Source: Actinomycetota bacterium (GTDB lineage: Bacteria; Actinomycetota; Humimicrobiia; Humimicrobiales; Humimicrobiaceae). Taken from it: DNA of 42,331 nt. The notes beneath the pieces are model-generated. The model was not told where the DNA came from and searched no databases. It saw only the letters and a program-made list of their open reading frames with translations. Where the stretch lies: positions 1 through 42,331 of the forward strand of contig JADBLP010000035.1 of NCBI GenBank assembly GCA_014894375.1, read 5' to 3'. The translations under genes and the position numbers were made by a program. How positions within the stretch are numbered: position 1 is the stretch's first letter; every line of letters begins with the position of its first letter. Below are positions 28,310 through 38,890 of this stretch, one piece after another.

Positions 28310-30066
28310 GTAATTCAGGAAAAATTGTCAAGGTAGCAGGCCCGCTGGTTGTAGCTGAAAATATGTCCGGTTCAAAAATGTTTGATGTTGTTTATGTTTC
28401 TGATAAGAAGTTAATAGGTGAAATAGTAGAGTTGAATAAGGACCTTGCTTCTATACAGGTTTATGAAGAAACAGGCGGTATAGGAGTTGGGGAACCGGTA
28501 TATCCTACCGGTGGACCATTGACTGTGGAGCTGGGACCGGGTCTTATCCAATCCATTTATGATGGAATTCAAAGACCTCTTGATGAAATATATAAAAATA
28601 CCGGGAATTTTATTGCCAGGGGTGTTTCTGCAGCAGCATTAAACAGGGATCGGAAGTGGAAATTTGAGCCAATTGCAAAAAAGGGTGATATGGTAAGCGG
28701 TGGCGATTTCCTGGGCTTTGTTAATGAGACAGAAATAATAAGACATTATATTATGGTTCCACCCGGAGTAAGTGGAGAAGTTAAATCAATTAAAGCAGGT
28801 GAGTTTACAGTTGAAGGAACCATAGCAGTGATAAAAGGTAAGAATGGTGACAGACAGATGACAATGATACAGAAGTGGCCGGTAAGGAAGCCCAGGCCGT
28901 ACCTTAATAAAATCAGTCCGGATATGCCCTTATTTACCGGTCAGCGAGTTATAGATATGTTTTTCCCTATTGCAAAGGGCGGCACTGCATGTATTCCCGG
29001 ACCATTTGGTTCGGGTAAAACCGTCATCCAGCATCAGCTGGCAAAATGGATTAGTGCTGAAGTTATCGTTTATATAGGTTGTGGTGAAAGAGGCAATGAA
29101 ATGACAGATGTCCTTATGGAATTCCCTGAACTGATCGATCCCAGGTCCGGGGTTCCTTTGATGAAGAGGACTGTACTTATTGCCAATACTTCAAATATGC
29201 CTGTTGCAGCAAGGGAAGCATCTGTTTATACAGGAATAACCATGGCCGAGTATTTCAGGGATATGGGATATTCAGTAGCGCTGATGGCTGATTCAACTTC
29301 AAGATGGGCAGAAGCAATGAGGGAAATTTCCGGTAGACTGGAAGAGATGCCCGGAGAAGAAGGATACCCGGCATATCTGGGAGCAAGACTTGCTTCGTTT
29401 TATGAGAGAGCGGGTATGATAAAATGTCTATCAAGCAACGACCAGAGATTTGGCGCTCTTTCAGTTATTGGTGCGATATCTCCTCCGGGAGGCGACCTTT
29501 CTGATCCGGTTGTGCAGGCTACATTAAGAGTTGTAAAAGTCTTCTGGTCCCTTGAGGACAGGCTTGCTTACAGAAGGCACTTTCCGGCAATATCATGGCT
29601 GAATTCTTACTCCCTTTATAATGATAATATAAGGGATTATGTTACTAAAAATGTCCGGGAAGATTATTTTGACCTGCAGGCAGAAGCAATGAGAATTCTT
29701 GAAAAAGAATCGGAGCTGGAAGAGATTGTCCGACTGGTAGGAATTGATGCTCTGTCCGGACCGGACAGGTTAATCCTGCTTACAGCCAGAATGTTAAGAG
29801 AGGATTTTCTGCATCAGATTGCTTATCATGAAGTAGATACTTATTCGTCAATAGAAAAACAGTATAAGATGATAGATACAATTATATATTTTTACAAACA
29901 GGCAACTAATTATTTGAAAATAAATGCTGATATTAAGGCTATAGAGAATATGGGAGTAAGGAATGAGATAGCCAGGATGAAATATATAAAGAAAGATGAT
30001 ATCGGTAAGATTGATAAAATCAAAGAAGATATAGATAAAGAATTTTCTTCAATAATAGAGGAGTAA
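28306..30066 (+). CDS. ntpA: V/A-type ATPase catalytic subunit A
   Basis: Walker [27 protein letters not shown]; 586 aa, no intein. Confidence 0.98.
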   Translation: MSNSGKIVKVAGPLVVAENMSGSKMFDVVYVSDKKLIGEIVELNKDLASIQVYEETGGIGVGEPVYPTGGPLTVELGPGLIQSIYDGIQRPLDEIYKNTGNFIARGVSAAALNRDRKWKFEPIAKKGDMVSGGDFLGFVNETEIIRHYIMVPPGVSGEVKSIKAGEFTVEGTIAVIKGKNGDRQMTMIQKWPVRKPRPYLNKISPDMPLFTGQRVIDMFFPIAKGGTACIPGPFGSGKTVIQHQLAKWISAEVIVYIGCGERGNEMTDVLMEFPELIDPRSGVPLMKRTVLIANTSNMPVAAREASVYTGITMAEYFRDMGYSVALMADSTSRWAEAMREISGRLEEMPGEEGYPAYLGARLASFYERAGMIKCLSSNDQRFGALSVIGAISPPGGDLSDPVVQATLRVVKVFWSLEDRLAYRRHFPAISWLNSYSLYNDNIRDYVTKNVREDYFDLQAEAMRILEKESELEEIVRLVGIDALSGPDRLILLTARMLREDFLHQIAYHEVDTYSSIEKQYKMIDTIIYFYKQATNYLKINADIKAIENMGVRNEIARMKYIKKDDIGKIDKIKEDIDKEFSSIIEE

Positions 30067-30068
30067 AG

Positions 30069-31472
30069 ATGTTAAAGGAGTATAAAAGTATTACTACTAT
30101 ATCCGGACCCTTGCTTCTTGTAGAAGGTGTCGAAGGGGTAAAGTATGATGAACTGGTTGATATAAAGCTTGACGACGGAAGTATAAGAAGTGGTAGAGTG
30201 CTTGAGGTTAATAGAGATAATGCGCTGGTACAGGTATTTGAAGGTACTTTTGGAATAGATTCTGAGAATACAAGGGTGAGGTTTTTAGGAAGGGGTACAC
30301 ATATGTACGTATCTCTCGATATACTGGGTAAAGTTTTTACAGGTCTGGGAAAACCAAAAACCGAGAAAGATAAGATTATTCCTGAAAAAAGCCTGGATAT
30401 AAATGGAGCTCCGATCAATCCATTTGCCAGGGATTATCCCAATGAGTTTATACAAACCGGCCTATCCTCTATAGATGGCCTGAACACTCTGGTGAGGGGA
30501 CAGAAACTGCCAATATTCTCCGGAGCAGGCCTTCCCCACAACAGGATAGCGGCACAAATTGCAAGACAGGCCACGGTTCTTACGGAAAAGGAGGAATTTG
30601 CGGTAGTCTTTATAGCAATAGGAATTACCTTTGAGGAATCAGAGTATTTCATCAATGATTTTAAAAAAACCGGTGCTATAGGCAGATCGGTCCTTGTACT
30701 GAATCTTGCCAACGATCCGGCAATTGAGAGAATTGCAACCCCAAGAGTGGGGCTTACCTGTGCTGAATATCTTGCTTTTGAAAAGGATATGCATGTGCTG
30801 GTGATTTTAACTGATATGACCAACTACTGCGAAGCCTTAAAGGAAGTTTCAGCTGCCAGAAAAGAAATTCCGGGAAGAAGGGGTTATCCGGGATATCTCT
30901 ATACTGACCTGGCTACTATTTATGAAAGAGCCGGCAGAATTAAAGGAAAGAAAGGCTCAATAACCCAGATTCCAATACTTACTATGCCTGAAGATGATAA
31001 AACTCATCCCATTCCTGACCTTACAGGATATATAACAGAAGGCCAGATCATACTCTCAAGATCTCTTTATAAGAAAAAATTATCTCCTCCTATAGATGTG
31101 CTGCCATCTCTTTCCAGGCTCAAGGATAAAGGAATTGGCCAGGGAAAAACAAGAGAGGATCATGCGGATATATTTAACCAGTTATATGCAGCATATGCCA
31201 GAGGAAAAGAAGTGGAGGAGCTTACAGTAATACTGGGGGAAGCAGCACTGACCGATATGGACAAACTGTATCTTAAGTTTGCTGAAAAATTTGAGAATGA
31301 ATATATTTCTCAGGGTGAGTATGAGAATAGAAGTATAGACTGGACACTTGATCTGGGATGGAAACTACTTATGATGTTCCCAAGAGAAGAATTAAAGAGA
31401 GTAAGAACCGAATATCTGGACAAATATCTGGCAAAATTTAAAAAAGAAAAAGAAGAAGATGAAAGTGATTAA
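30069..31472 (+). CDS. ntpB: V/A-type ATPase subunit B
   Basis: [39 protein letters not shown]. Confidence 0.98.
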   Translation: MLKEYKSITTISGPLLLVEGVEGVKYDELVDIKLDDGSIRSGRVLEVNRDNALVQVFEGTFGIDSENTRVRFLGRGTHMYVSLDILGKVFTGLGKPKTEKDKIIPEKSLDINGAPINPFARDYPNEFIQTGLSSIDGLNTLVRGQKLPIFSGAGLPHNRIAAQIARQATVLTEKEEFAVVFIAIGITFEESEYFINDFKKTGAIGRSVLVLNLANDPAIERIATPRVGLTCAEYLAFEKDMHVLVILTDMTNYCEALKEVSAARKEIPGRRGYPGYLYTDLATIYERAGRIKGKKGSITQIPILTMPEDDKTHPIPDLTGYITEGQIILSRSLYKKKLSPPIDVLPSLSRLKDKGIGQGKTREDHADIFNQLYAAYARGKEVEELTVILGEAALTDMDKLYLKFAEKFENEYISQGEYENRSIDWTLDLGWKLLMMFPREELKRVRTEYLDKYLAKFKKEKEEDESD

Positions 31473-32093
31473 ATGCTTGCAAATGTAAATGCGACCAGAA
31501 TGGAACTTCTCCGGTTAAAGAAGAGATTAAATCTGGCCTGGAGAGGGCACAAGCTCCTTAAAGATAAAAGAGATGAATTAATGAGACGATTACTGGCGGT
31601 AATTGACGAGGTTAAGGTATTACGGCTATCCATAGAAAAAGAATTTCAATCCATAGTGGAAAGATTTGTGCTTGCAAGAGCCAGTATAGGCCCATACCAG
31701 GTAGAGCAGGAATTACTGCTGCCGTTAAAGAAGATTTCAGTATCAATCAGCAAGAGGAATATTGTAGGTGTTCATGTACCGGTTTATGCCAAAGAGGTGA
31801 GCGGTGATATTATCCCTTACGGCTATATGAACACCTCGGGAGAAATGGATATTGCTCTCAATGATTTTGATAAGTCCATAGAGAAACTTCTTGACCTGGC
31901 TGAAAAGGAGAAAGCGGTACAGCTTATGGCTATGGAGATTGAAGAGACCAGAAGAAGGGTTAATGTCCTTGAGTATAAATTAATCCCGAGCATAATCGAG
32001 ACTATAAGATTTATAACCATGAAACTTGATGAGATCGAGCGTTCCAACACGGTAAGGCTTATGAAGGTAAGAGATATTGTGAGAAGCCACTGA
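31473..32093 (+). CDS. ntpD: V/A-type ATPase subunit D
   Basis: TRMEL, RGHKLLKDKRDEL, TRRRVNVLE. Confidence 0.96.
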   Translation: MLANVNATRMELLRLKKRLNLAWRGHKLLKDKRDELMRRLLAVIDEVKVLRLSIEKEFQSIVERFVLARASIGPYQVEQELLLPLKKISVSISKRNIVGVHVPVYAKEVSGDIIPYGYMNTSGEMDIALNDFDKSIEKLLDLAEKEKAVQLMAMEIEETRRRVNVLEYKLIPSIIETIRFITMKLDEIERSNTVRLMKVRDIVRSH

Positions 32094-32111
32094 CCGCCAC
32101 TGACTATTTTA

Positions 32112-33377
32112 TCATTTGGTATAAACCGGAAAATCTCCGGCCAGGTTCTTCACTTTTTTACCGATTTCTTTAAGTTTTGTATTATTTTTCCTGTTTTTGA
32201 GAGCTGATGAGATCAACTCGCCAATTTCATACATCTCTTCTACACCCATTCCCTGGGTAGTAACTGCGGGCGTACCAATCCTTATACCGCTTGTTATTAT
32301 GGGATCCAGCTTATCGAAGGGAATCACATTTTTATTGATTATTATACCTACTGAGCTCAATATTCCTACAGCCTCATAACCGGTTAATTCTTTACTGGTT
32401 AAATCTATTAGAAACAGATGGTTATCAGTTCCACCGGATACAATTCTGAAACCTTCGTTCTTAATATACTCACACAGAGCTTTTGAATTTTCGATAATGC
32501 GCCTGCTGTAATCCTTAAATGAATCCTTCAAAGCTTCCCTGAAAGCTACTGCTTTAGCAGCAATGATATGCATCATGGGACCTCCCTGAACACCGGGGAA
32601 AACTGATTTATCTATAAGACCGGCGTATTTTTTATCGGCAATGACCAGTCCGCCCCTTGGTCCTCTTAAAGTTTTATGAGTGGTGGCGGTGGTGAAATCC
32701 GCCACATTTATAGAGCTGGGATGATGACCGGTTACCATAAGTCCTGCAATATGGGCCGTGTCAGCCAACAGGTATGCACCTACTTCATCAGCAATATCCC
32801 TGAACTTATTAAAGTCGATTAATCTTGAATAAGAGCTGGCTCCGGCTATGATTAATTTTGGCCTCGTGGCTTTTGCCAGTTTCCTTACATTTTCATAGTC
32901 TATCATTTCTGTTTCAGGATCTACGGTGTAAGTGTGTATCTCATAGTATCTGCCGCTAAGATTTTGCTTATGTCCGTGAGAGAGGTGACCGCCGTCTCTA
33001 AGGTTCATACTCAGTATTCTGTCTCCGCAGTTTAAAACACTTAAGTATACTGCCAGATTGGCATTAACTCCACTATGGGGTTGAACGTTGCTGTAATTCG
33101 AGCCAAATAATAGGTTGGCTCTGTTTATGGCTAACTTTTCAACCTCATCAACGTTCTCACAACCTGCGTAATACCTGAATCCAGGATAACCCTCAGCATA
33201 TTTATTTGTCAGTATTGAGCCCATAGTTCTTATAACTTCCTGCGAAGTGAAATTCTCGGAAGCTATCAGAATAAGTTGATTCTTTTGCCTTTCCAATTCT
33301 TTTTTTATTATCTCTTTTACCTCGGCATCTATATCTGTGCTTAAGGTATGATTTTCGTGTTTTTTAGATTTAACCAT
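32112..33377 (-). CDS. glyA: serine hydroxymethyltransferase
   Basis: LIASEN, NKYAEGYPG, GGHLSHG, TTHKTLRGPRGG, SGIRIGT. Confidence 0.97.
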   Translation of the reverse strand: MVKSKKHENHTLSTDIDAEVKEIIKKELERQKNQLILIASENFTSQEVIRTMGSILTNKYAEGYPGFRYYAGCENVDEVEKLAINRANLLFGSNYSNVQPHSGVNANLAVYLSVLNCGDRILSMNLRDGGHLSHGHKQNLSGRYYEIHTYTVDPETEMIDYENVRKLAKATRPKLIIAGASSYSRLIDFNKFRDIADEVGAYLLADTAHIAGLMVTGHHPSSINVADFTTATTHKTLRGPRGGLVIADKKYAGLIDKSVFPGVQGGPMMHIIAAKAVAFREALKDSFKDYSRRIIENSKALCEYIKNEGFRIVSGGTDNHLFLIDLTSKELTGYEAVGILSSVGIIINKNVIPFDKLDPIITSGIRIGTPAVTTQGMGVEEMYEIGELISSALKNRKNNTKLKEIGKKVKNLAGDFPVYTK

Positions 33378-33831
33378 TGCAGGTCTGGTTCCTTTCTTCG
33401 ACTTTCATTATTTTATTAACTCTTCTAATGTGACGTTCTTCATCACTTACAGGAGTGTTTATAAAAATTTTTGTTATTTTAATACATTCTTCTAATGATA
33501 AAAATCTTGCTCCCAGGCATAATATATTTGCATAATTATGGTCACGGGCAAGCCTTGCAGTCTCTTCATTCCAGCAGATAGCGGACCGGATGCCATTTAT
33601 TTTGTTGGCAACCATATCCATGCCAATTCCGGATCCGCATATAAGTATTCCAATGTCAGCTTCTCCACAGGCTACAGCTCTGGCCCCCTTTTCCCCAAAA
33701 TCAGGATAATCCACACTCTGGCAGCTGTCAGTACCAATGTCCAGTACCGTGTGTCCCATAGATTTTGCCAGTTCAATTAATCTGGATTTATAATTAAAGC
33801 CGGCGTGATCTGAGCCTATAACTATCTTCAT
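33370..33831 (-). CDS. rpiB: ribose-5-phosphate isomerase B
   Basis: GSDHAG, VDYPD, CGSGIG, ANK, HN-AN, RHIRRV. Confidence 0.95.
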   Translation of the reverse strand: MKIVIGSDHAGFNYKSRLIELAKSMGHTVLDIGTDSCQSVDYPDFGEKGARAVACGEADIGILICGSGIGMDMVANKINGIRSAICWNEETARLARDHNYANILCLGARFLSLEECIKITKIFINTPVSDEERHIRRVNKIMKVEERNQTCNG

Positions 33832-34023
33832 AAAATATCCATTTTTTTTATAAGTTGTTAAAATGTCCTAATTATAACTATAACTATCAAACTTGAAATC
33901 CTGTAATATTATATCCCGATTAACTGGATAATCCAAAATTTATCTGAAATATTTTATTTAAAAAAGCTAAATTTTATCACAAAATAAAAAAATTGCTGGA
34001 AATATTTTTATTTTCTTCTTTTT

Positions 34024-34686
34024 TTATATTAAATTTCTTTTACTGCCTTTGAATTTTAAAACATCTCTAAATTTGACTTTCCCCTCTCTTACCAAAACAG
34101 GAGTTTGACCTGTTACGTCAACAATAGTTGATTCAACTCCAGTCAGAGAAGAAGGATACTCTACTATTAGATCCACTTGTTTCCTGATTGTAAAGGGGAT
34201 GTCCTCTATTTTTTTAGGATAGCTCTTTGTTCCGGAAACAGTGGCACTGGTAGACATAATAGGACCGCAGATATTTATTATATTTCTTAAAAATCTGGGA
34301 TCTGCCAGTCTTATGGCAATATTGGAGCTGCCGCTGGTGATAAAATTTTCTAGAGAGCTTTTCTTATTAAAAATTAAAGTAAGGGGTTTTGGGTTTTCAG
34401 TATCCCAGAAATTTTTTATTATTTTTTTTGCAACCGGGTTTATATCTGAAACCAGGCTTTTTAAATCATCATAACTGGAAATAAGTATTATGAAAGGCAA
34501 ATTTTTATTTCTTTTTTTTATATTATATATTTTTTCAATTGCATTTCTGTCATTATATTTACAGCTTAATCCGTAAATGGTGCTGGTAGGTAGAATTACT
34601 GTCTTACCTTCTGAGATAAGTCCAGCAATTTTTTTGATAATGTTTTTGTTAATTTTATCCGGATTATTAATTTTTAATGTATTCAT
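34024..34686 (-). CDS. tsaC: L-threonylcarbamoyladenylate synthase (YrdC/TsaC, short form)
   Basis: PTSTIYGL, IKKR, STSA, STIVD, VREG. Confidence 0.88.
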   Translation of the reverse strand: MNTLKINNPDKINKNIIKKIAGLISEGKTVILPTSTIYGLSCKYNDRNAIEKIYNIKKRNKNLPFIILISSYDDLKSLVSDINPVAKKIIKNFWDTENPKPLTLIFNKKSSLENFITSGSSNIAIRLADPRFLRNIINICGPIMSTSATVSGTKSYPKKIEDIPFTIRKQVDLIVEYPSSLTGVESTIVDVTGQTPVLVREGKVKFRDVLKFKGSKRNLI

Positions 34687-34883
34687 AAAGAAATAAGAAC
34701 TGGTTAGCCTCAGTATATAATATTTTTTTTATAAAAAAAACAGTACAAGTTTTACAATTCCCACTTTTTTAAAAGTACTTGGCATTTTAATAAAGAAGCC
34801 TTAGTATATTTTAAAAGAGTATACTGCCGTAAATTTGCAGCAGAAGCGGATTTTTATAAATAAAAAAAGCATATATTGAAAAA

Positions 34884-35339
34884 ATGGTAATTACGCGACC
34901 GACCTGGGATGAATATTTTGCATTAATTACAAGGCAGGTAGCAACAAGATCTACATGCCTTAGAAGAAAAGTTGGCGCTATAATTGTAAAGGATAAGAGA
35001 ATTCTTACGACCGGCTATAATGGTGCACCGATGAGGGTGAGGAATTGTCTTGAGATAGGAACATGCTTGAGAGAAGAACTTGGAGTGCCCTCGGGTGAAA
35101 GACACGAAATTTGCCGTGGCCTGCATGCTGAACAGAATGCAATCTTCCAGTCTGCATATCATGGGGTGCAAATAAGAGACTCGGTTATTTACTCCACAAC
35201 CCAGCCCTGTGTCCTCTGTGCCAAAATGATAATAAACTGCGGAATTAAAAAAATATATTATTTTGAGGATTACCCTGACCCTCTTGCCATAGAACTCCTT
35301 GACGAAGCAGGAGTTGAGTTAATAAGACTGGATTTTTAA
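34884..35339 (+). CDS. dCMP deaminase (ComEB-like zinc deaminase)
   Basis: [29 protein letters not shown]. Confidence 0.92.
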   Translation: MVITRPTWDEYFALITRQVATRSTCLRRKVGAIIVKDKRILTTGYNGAPMRVRNCLEIGTCLREELGVPSGERHEICRGLHAEQNAIFQSAYHGVQIRDSVIYSTTQPCVLCAKMIINCGIKKIYYFEDYPDPLAIELLDEAGVELIRLDF

Positions 35340-35468
35340 TTGAAAAATAATTTTAAAGAGTATAGTTGCTGCGAATTTTTTACTAAGCTGCTCTTATTTT
35401 TTAATTAACCTTTATTTGTTATAATAGCCTTTTCTTTTTTATTAGGGAAAATTACTTTTTTTATATTT

Positions 35469-36749
35469 ATGGAAAAGTTTATTATAAATGGCGGAAAAAC
35501 TCTGTCTGGAAAAGTTAAGATAAGCGGGGCTAAGAATTCTGCATTAAAGTTGATGGCAGCATCGATACTGGCCGACAGCAAAACTATCTTAAGAAATGTA
35601 CCAGAAATTGAGGACGTCAATATTATGATAGAAGTGCTCAGGGCCCTTGGCGCCAGGGTAGATGTGGACGTGGAAAATAAAGTAGTTGAAATTGATCCAG
35701 GGAGCATCAGCAGCTATGAAGCACCTTATGAACTTGTGAGAAAGATGAGGGCTTCGATACTGGTAGCAGGGCCGCTCCTGAGCAAGTTTGGTAAAGTTAA
35801 AGTTGCCATTCCAGGTGGTTGCAATATTGGCTCCAGGCAAATCGATCTTCACCTGAAAGGCTTTGAAGATATGGGAGCAAAATATTCTATAGAACATGGA
35901 TATATTAATTGCCAGGTTGACAGTAATGAAGCTGGAGCGAAGCTTTTCGGTACAATGATGAATCTGGATTTTCCTTCCAGAGGAGCTACTGAAAATATAA
36001 TGATGGCGGGATGTCTTGCTGATGGCCAGACAGTTATTAATAATGCAGCAAGGGAACCTGAAATAGTAGACCTGGCTAATTTTTTAAACTCAATGGGTGC
36101 AGACATACAGGGAGCAGGCACGGACTGTATCATTATAAATGGAGTTAAAAGTCTTGATGGTACAGATTATGAAGTCATGCCTGACAGTATTGAAGCAGGT
36201 ACTTTTATTACTGCGGCAGGTTTATGTGGTGATAGAGTAGAAATTGAAAATGCGAGATGGAAAAATCTTGGAATATTTTATTCTAAGTTAAAAGAAATTG
36301 GTGTAAATATTTCTATTGTTGATGAAAACAATATAAGTGTAGATGCACCCCGAGAAACATACAGGCCCACCAATATCAGCACTCTTCCATACCCTGGCTT
36401 TCCCACAGATTTACAACCCATAATAACAGTTCTTCTTTCGGTTGTTCCCGGTGTATCAATAGTAACTGAAAATGTATTTGAAAACAGGTTTATGTACGTG
36501 GACGAACTGAACAGAATGGGAGCGGATGTAAAAATTGACGGGCATCATGCTGTAATCAAGGGGGTTGAAAAATTATCAGGAGCTCCGGTCCGGTCATTTG
36601 ACCTTCGCGCGGGGGCGGCTATGGTCCTTGCAGGACTTGCGGCGGAAGGGTCTACAGAGGTAAGTGATATATACCATATCCAGAGGGGTTATGAGGATTT
36701 TGTAAAGAAGTTAAGGAACCTGGGTGCTGATATCAGAAAGGTCAGTTAG
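35469..36749 (+). CDS. murA: UDP-N-acetylglucosamine 1-carboxyvinyltransferase
   Basis: GAKNS, KMRAS, PGGCNIGSR (active-site Cys), GATEN, PGFPTDLQ, DLRAGAA. Confidence 0.97.
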   Translation: MEKFIINGGKTLSGKVKISGAKNSALKLMAASILADSKTILRNVPEIEDVNIMIEVLRALGARVDVDVENKVVEIDPGSISSYEAPYELVRKMRASILVAGPLLSKFGKVKVAIPGGCNIGSRQIDLHLKGFEDMGAKYSIEHGYINCQVDSNEAGAKLFGTMMNLDFPSRGATENIMMAGCLADGQTVINNAAREPEIVDLANFLNSMGADIQGAGTDCIIINGVKSLDGTDYEVMPDSIEAGTFITAAGLCGDRVEIENARWKNLGIFYSKLKEIGVNISIVDENNISVDAPRETYRPTNISTLPYPGFPTDLQPIITVLLSVVPGVSIVTENVFENRFMYVDELNRMGADVKIDGHHAVIKGVEKLSGAPVRSFDLRAGAAMVLAGLAAEGSTEVSDIYHIQRGYEDFVKKLRNLGADIRKVS

Positions 36750-36810
36750 CATATGGTCAGGAATTTTAAATACTGATTTATTATAAAATTTAATTTTGAT
36801 AGTAATATGT

Positions 36811-38859
36811 ATGAAAAAGAATAAAAGTAAAGCGGGAAATGAGATTGAAAAAAATAAGGATAAAAGAGGATTCAAAAAATTACCTTTATATATAAGGATA
36901 ATAGTAATAGTTTTATCTTCAGTAATTTTTATCGGAGGCGCAGGAGCGGGCGGAATCTTTCTTTATATTAATTCAATAAACAGGACTATAAATTCAATTA
37001 CTATTTCGGAAGTAGAGAACATACTCCCCCCCATAGAATCTCCCCAGGAGCCGGTTACTATACTTATACTGGGCCGGGATACAAGAGATACTGAAAATGA
37101 TACAGGCAGAGCTGATACCATAATGCTTTTTTATTTAAATCCTGAAGAAGGAACCGGCAGTCTCCTTTCCATTCCCAGGGATACTCTGGTGGAAATACCG
37201 GGGCATGGGGAAGATAAAATAAATGCTGCTTATGCCTATGGCGGGGAAGAGCTTATGATAAAAACAGTCAGTTCTTTTCTGGATGCGGAAATAAACCATT
37301 ATGTGACTCTTGATTTTGAAGGATTTGTACAGTTAATAGATGCCCTGGGAGGAGTAGATATTATTATTGATAGACCTATGGTTGATCCAAAGAGCGGGGC
37401 TAATTTCTCGGCTGGCAACCATCACCTCACAGGAGAACAAGCATTATCATATACAAGAAGCAGGTCTACAGAGCTTGGAGATATTGGCAGAATTCAGCGT
37501 CAGCAGCAGTTATTTAAGGAACTCTTAAAACAAAAATTAAATGTAAAATACTTATCCAGTGTTCCATATTACTTTAATATTCTGGTAGAAAATACAAGAA
37601 CGGACCTGGATATTATAACTATCCTTAAATATTCGAAGGCTGCTCTATCTTTTAGTTCTGAAAATTTTAAAACAGCTATTATCCCTTCTCGTTCAGATTG
37701 GATAGAAAATGGAACTATTAGTGTTCAAATTCCGGACATCGAAGAAGCAAGAGCTATGTGGGAACGTATAATTAGTGGTGAGCCTGCAAGCAAGTATAAT
37801 GCAGAGTATATTGAGATTGATGGAATAGGAGATTCAATGACCCAGGATACAGAATATAAATTTAAAATTAAGGTGAAAAATACTGGAGCTTTGACCTGGA
37901 ATAGAAATGGCGATAATCCAGTGTACCTGGGCTATCACTGGAGAGATTTCAATAGCAAAGAAATGGTAGTTTTTGACGGTAAGAGAAGTATTATACCTGA
38001 AGATGGAGTTAATGCAGATAATGAAGTAGTATTTGATTTTACTGTAATATCTCCCTCAAAACCTGGTGAATATATTCTACAAATAGATCTGGTGCATGAA
38101 GGTATAACATGGTTTTCCTCTCAGGGAGTACCGTCTCTGGAGAAGTTTATAACTGTAGATATATCTTATGCTGCTCGATATAATGACGGAGGCACTACTC
38201 CGACTTATGTAGATAAGGGACAGGAATTTAACGCGCAGGTTACTGTAAGAAATAATGGCTTCCTATTATGGAAGCATGAAGGTGATAAGTATAGAATGGA
38301 TTTAGGAACTCATTGGATAAACAGGGATACGGGGGAGATGATCATCTGGGATGGAAATAGAGGGTTGCTTCCGGAAGATGTCTCTTATAATGAGGAAGTA
38401 ATTGTAGATATTAAAATTAAAGCACCGGATAAACCGGGAAGGTATATATTACAGTATGATATGGTACATGAAAGAGTTGCCTGGTTTTCTGAAAAAGGGG
38501 TAATACCACTGGAAGTAAATGTAGATGTTGGCCGGGTTATAGATAAGAGTATAACCAGGCGAACCTATATTATAATTTCTAATGGTAACGGCATAAGCGG
38601 ATCTGCGGTAAAGTTTAAAGATTATTTAAAAGTCTACGGATTTAAGATACTGGGCCTTTCCAATGAGGATAGTTATAATTATGAAAAAACTGTAATATAC
38701 TATAGTAAGGAAAATAAAGAAAAAGCGGACCAACTGGCGATAATCTTTTCGAGTTATGAGATGAAAGAACTGTCATCAAGTATTTTTAAAGAAATATATG
38801 GTAAAGATGCAGATGTAGCCATAATAGTTGGTAAAGATTATTTAGAAAATATACAGTAA
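36811..38859 (+). CDS. LCP (LytR-CpsA-Psr) family protein with two Ig-like repeats and a LytR_C domain
   Basis: TM anchor, GRADT, SIPRD, KINAAY, DIGRIQRQQ; two KN-G--W...LG-HW...PG-Y-LQ-D-VHE--WF repeats; C-terminal NGNGISGSA...IIVGKDY; alternative start 36796. Confidence 0.88.
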   Translation: MKKNKSKAGNEIEKNKDKRGFKKLPLYIRIIVIVLSSVIFIGGAGAGGIFLYINSINRTINSITISEVENILPPIESPQEPVTILILGRDTRDTENDTGRADTIMLFYLNPEEGTGSLLSIPRDTLVEIPGHGEDKINAAYAYGGEELMIKTVSSFLDAEINHYVTLDFEGFVQLIDALGGVDIIIDRPMVDPKSGANFSAGNHHLTGEQALSYTRSRSTELGDIGRIQRQQQLFKELLKQKLNVKYLSSVPYYFNILVENTRTDLDIITILKYSKAALSFSSENFKTAIIPSRSDWIENGTISVQIPDIEEARAMWERIISGEPASKYNAEYIEIDGIGDSMTQDTEYKFKIKVKNTGALTWNRNGDNPVYLGYHWRDFNSKEMVVFDGKRSIIPEDGVNADNEVVFDFTVISPSKPGEYILQIDLVHEGITWFSSQGVPSLEKFITVDISYAARYNDGGTTPTYVDKGQEFNAQVTVRNNGFLLWKHEGDKYRMDLGTHWINRDTGEMIIWDGNRGLLPEDVSYNEEVIVDIKIKAPDKPGRYILQYDMVHERVAWFSEKGVIPLEVNVDVGRVIDKSITRRTYIIISNGNGISGSAVKFKDYLKVYGFKILGLSNEDSYNYEKTVIYYSKENKEKADQLAIIFSSYEMKELSSSIFKEIYGKDADVAIIVGKDYLENIQ

Positions 38860-38890
38860 ATTATAGCTCGTAAAAAATTGAAATATTGAA

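Noticed and set aside
34808-35364. TTTTAAA(A)GAGTATA on both sides of the dCMP deaminase gene
   Set aside because: Short, AT-rich and imperfect; compatible with chance.
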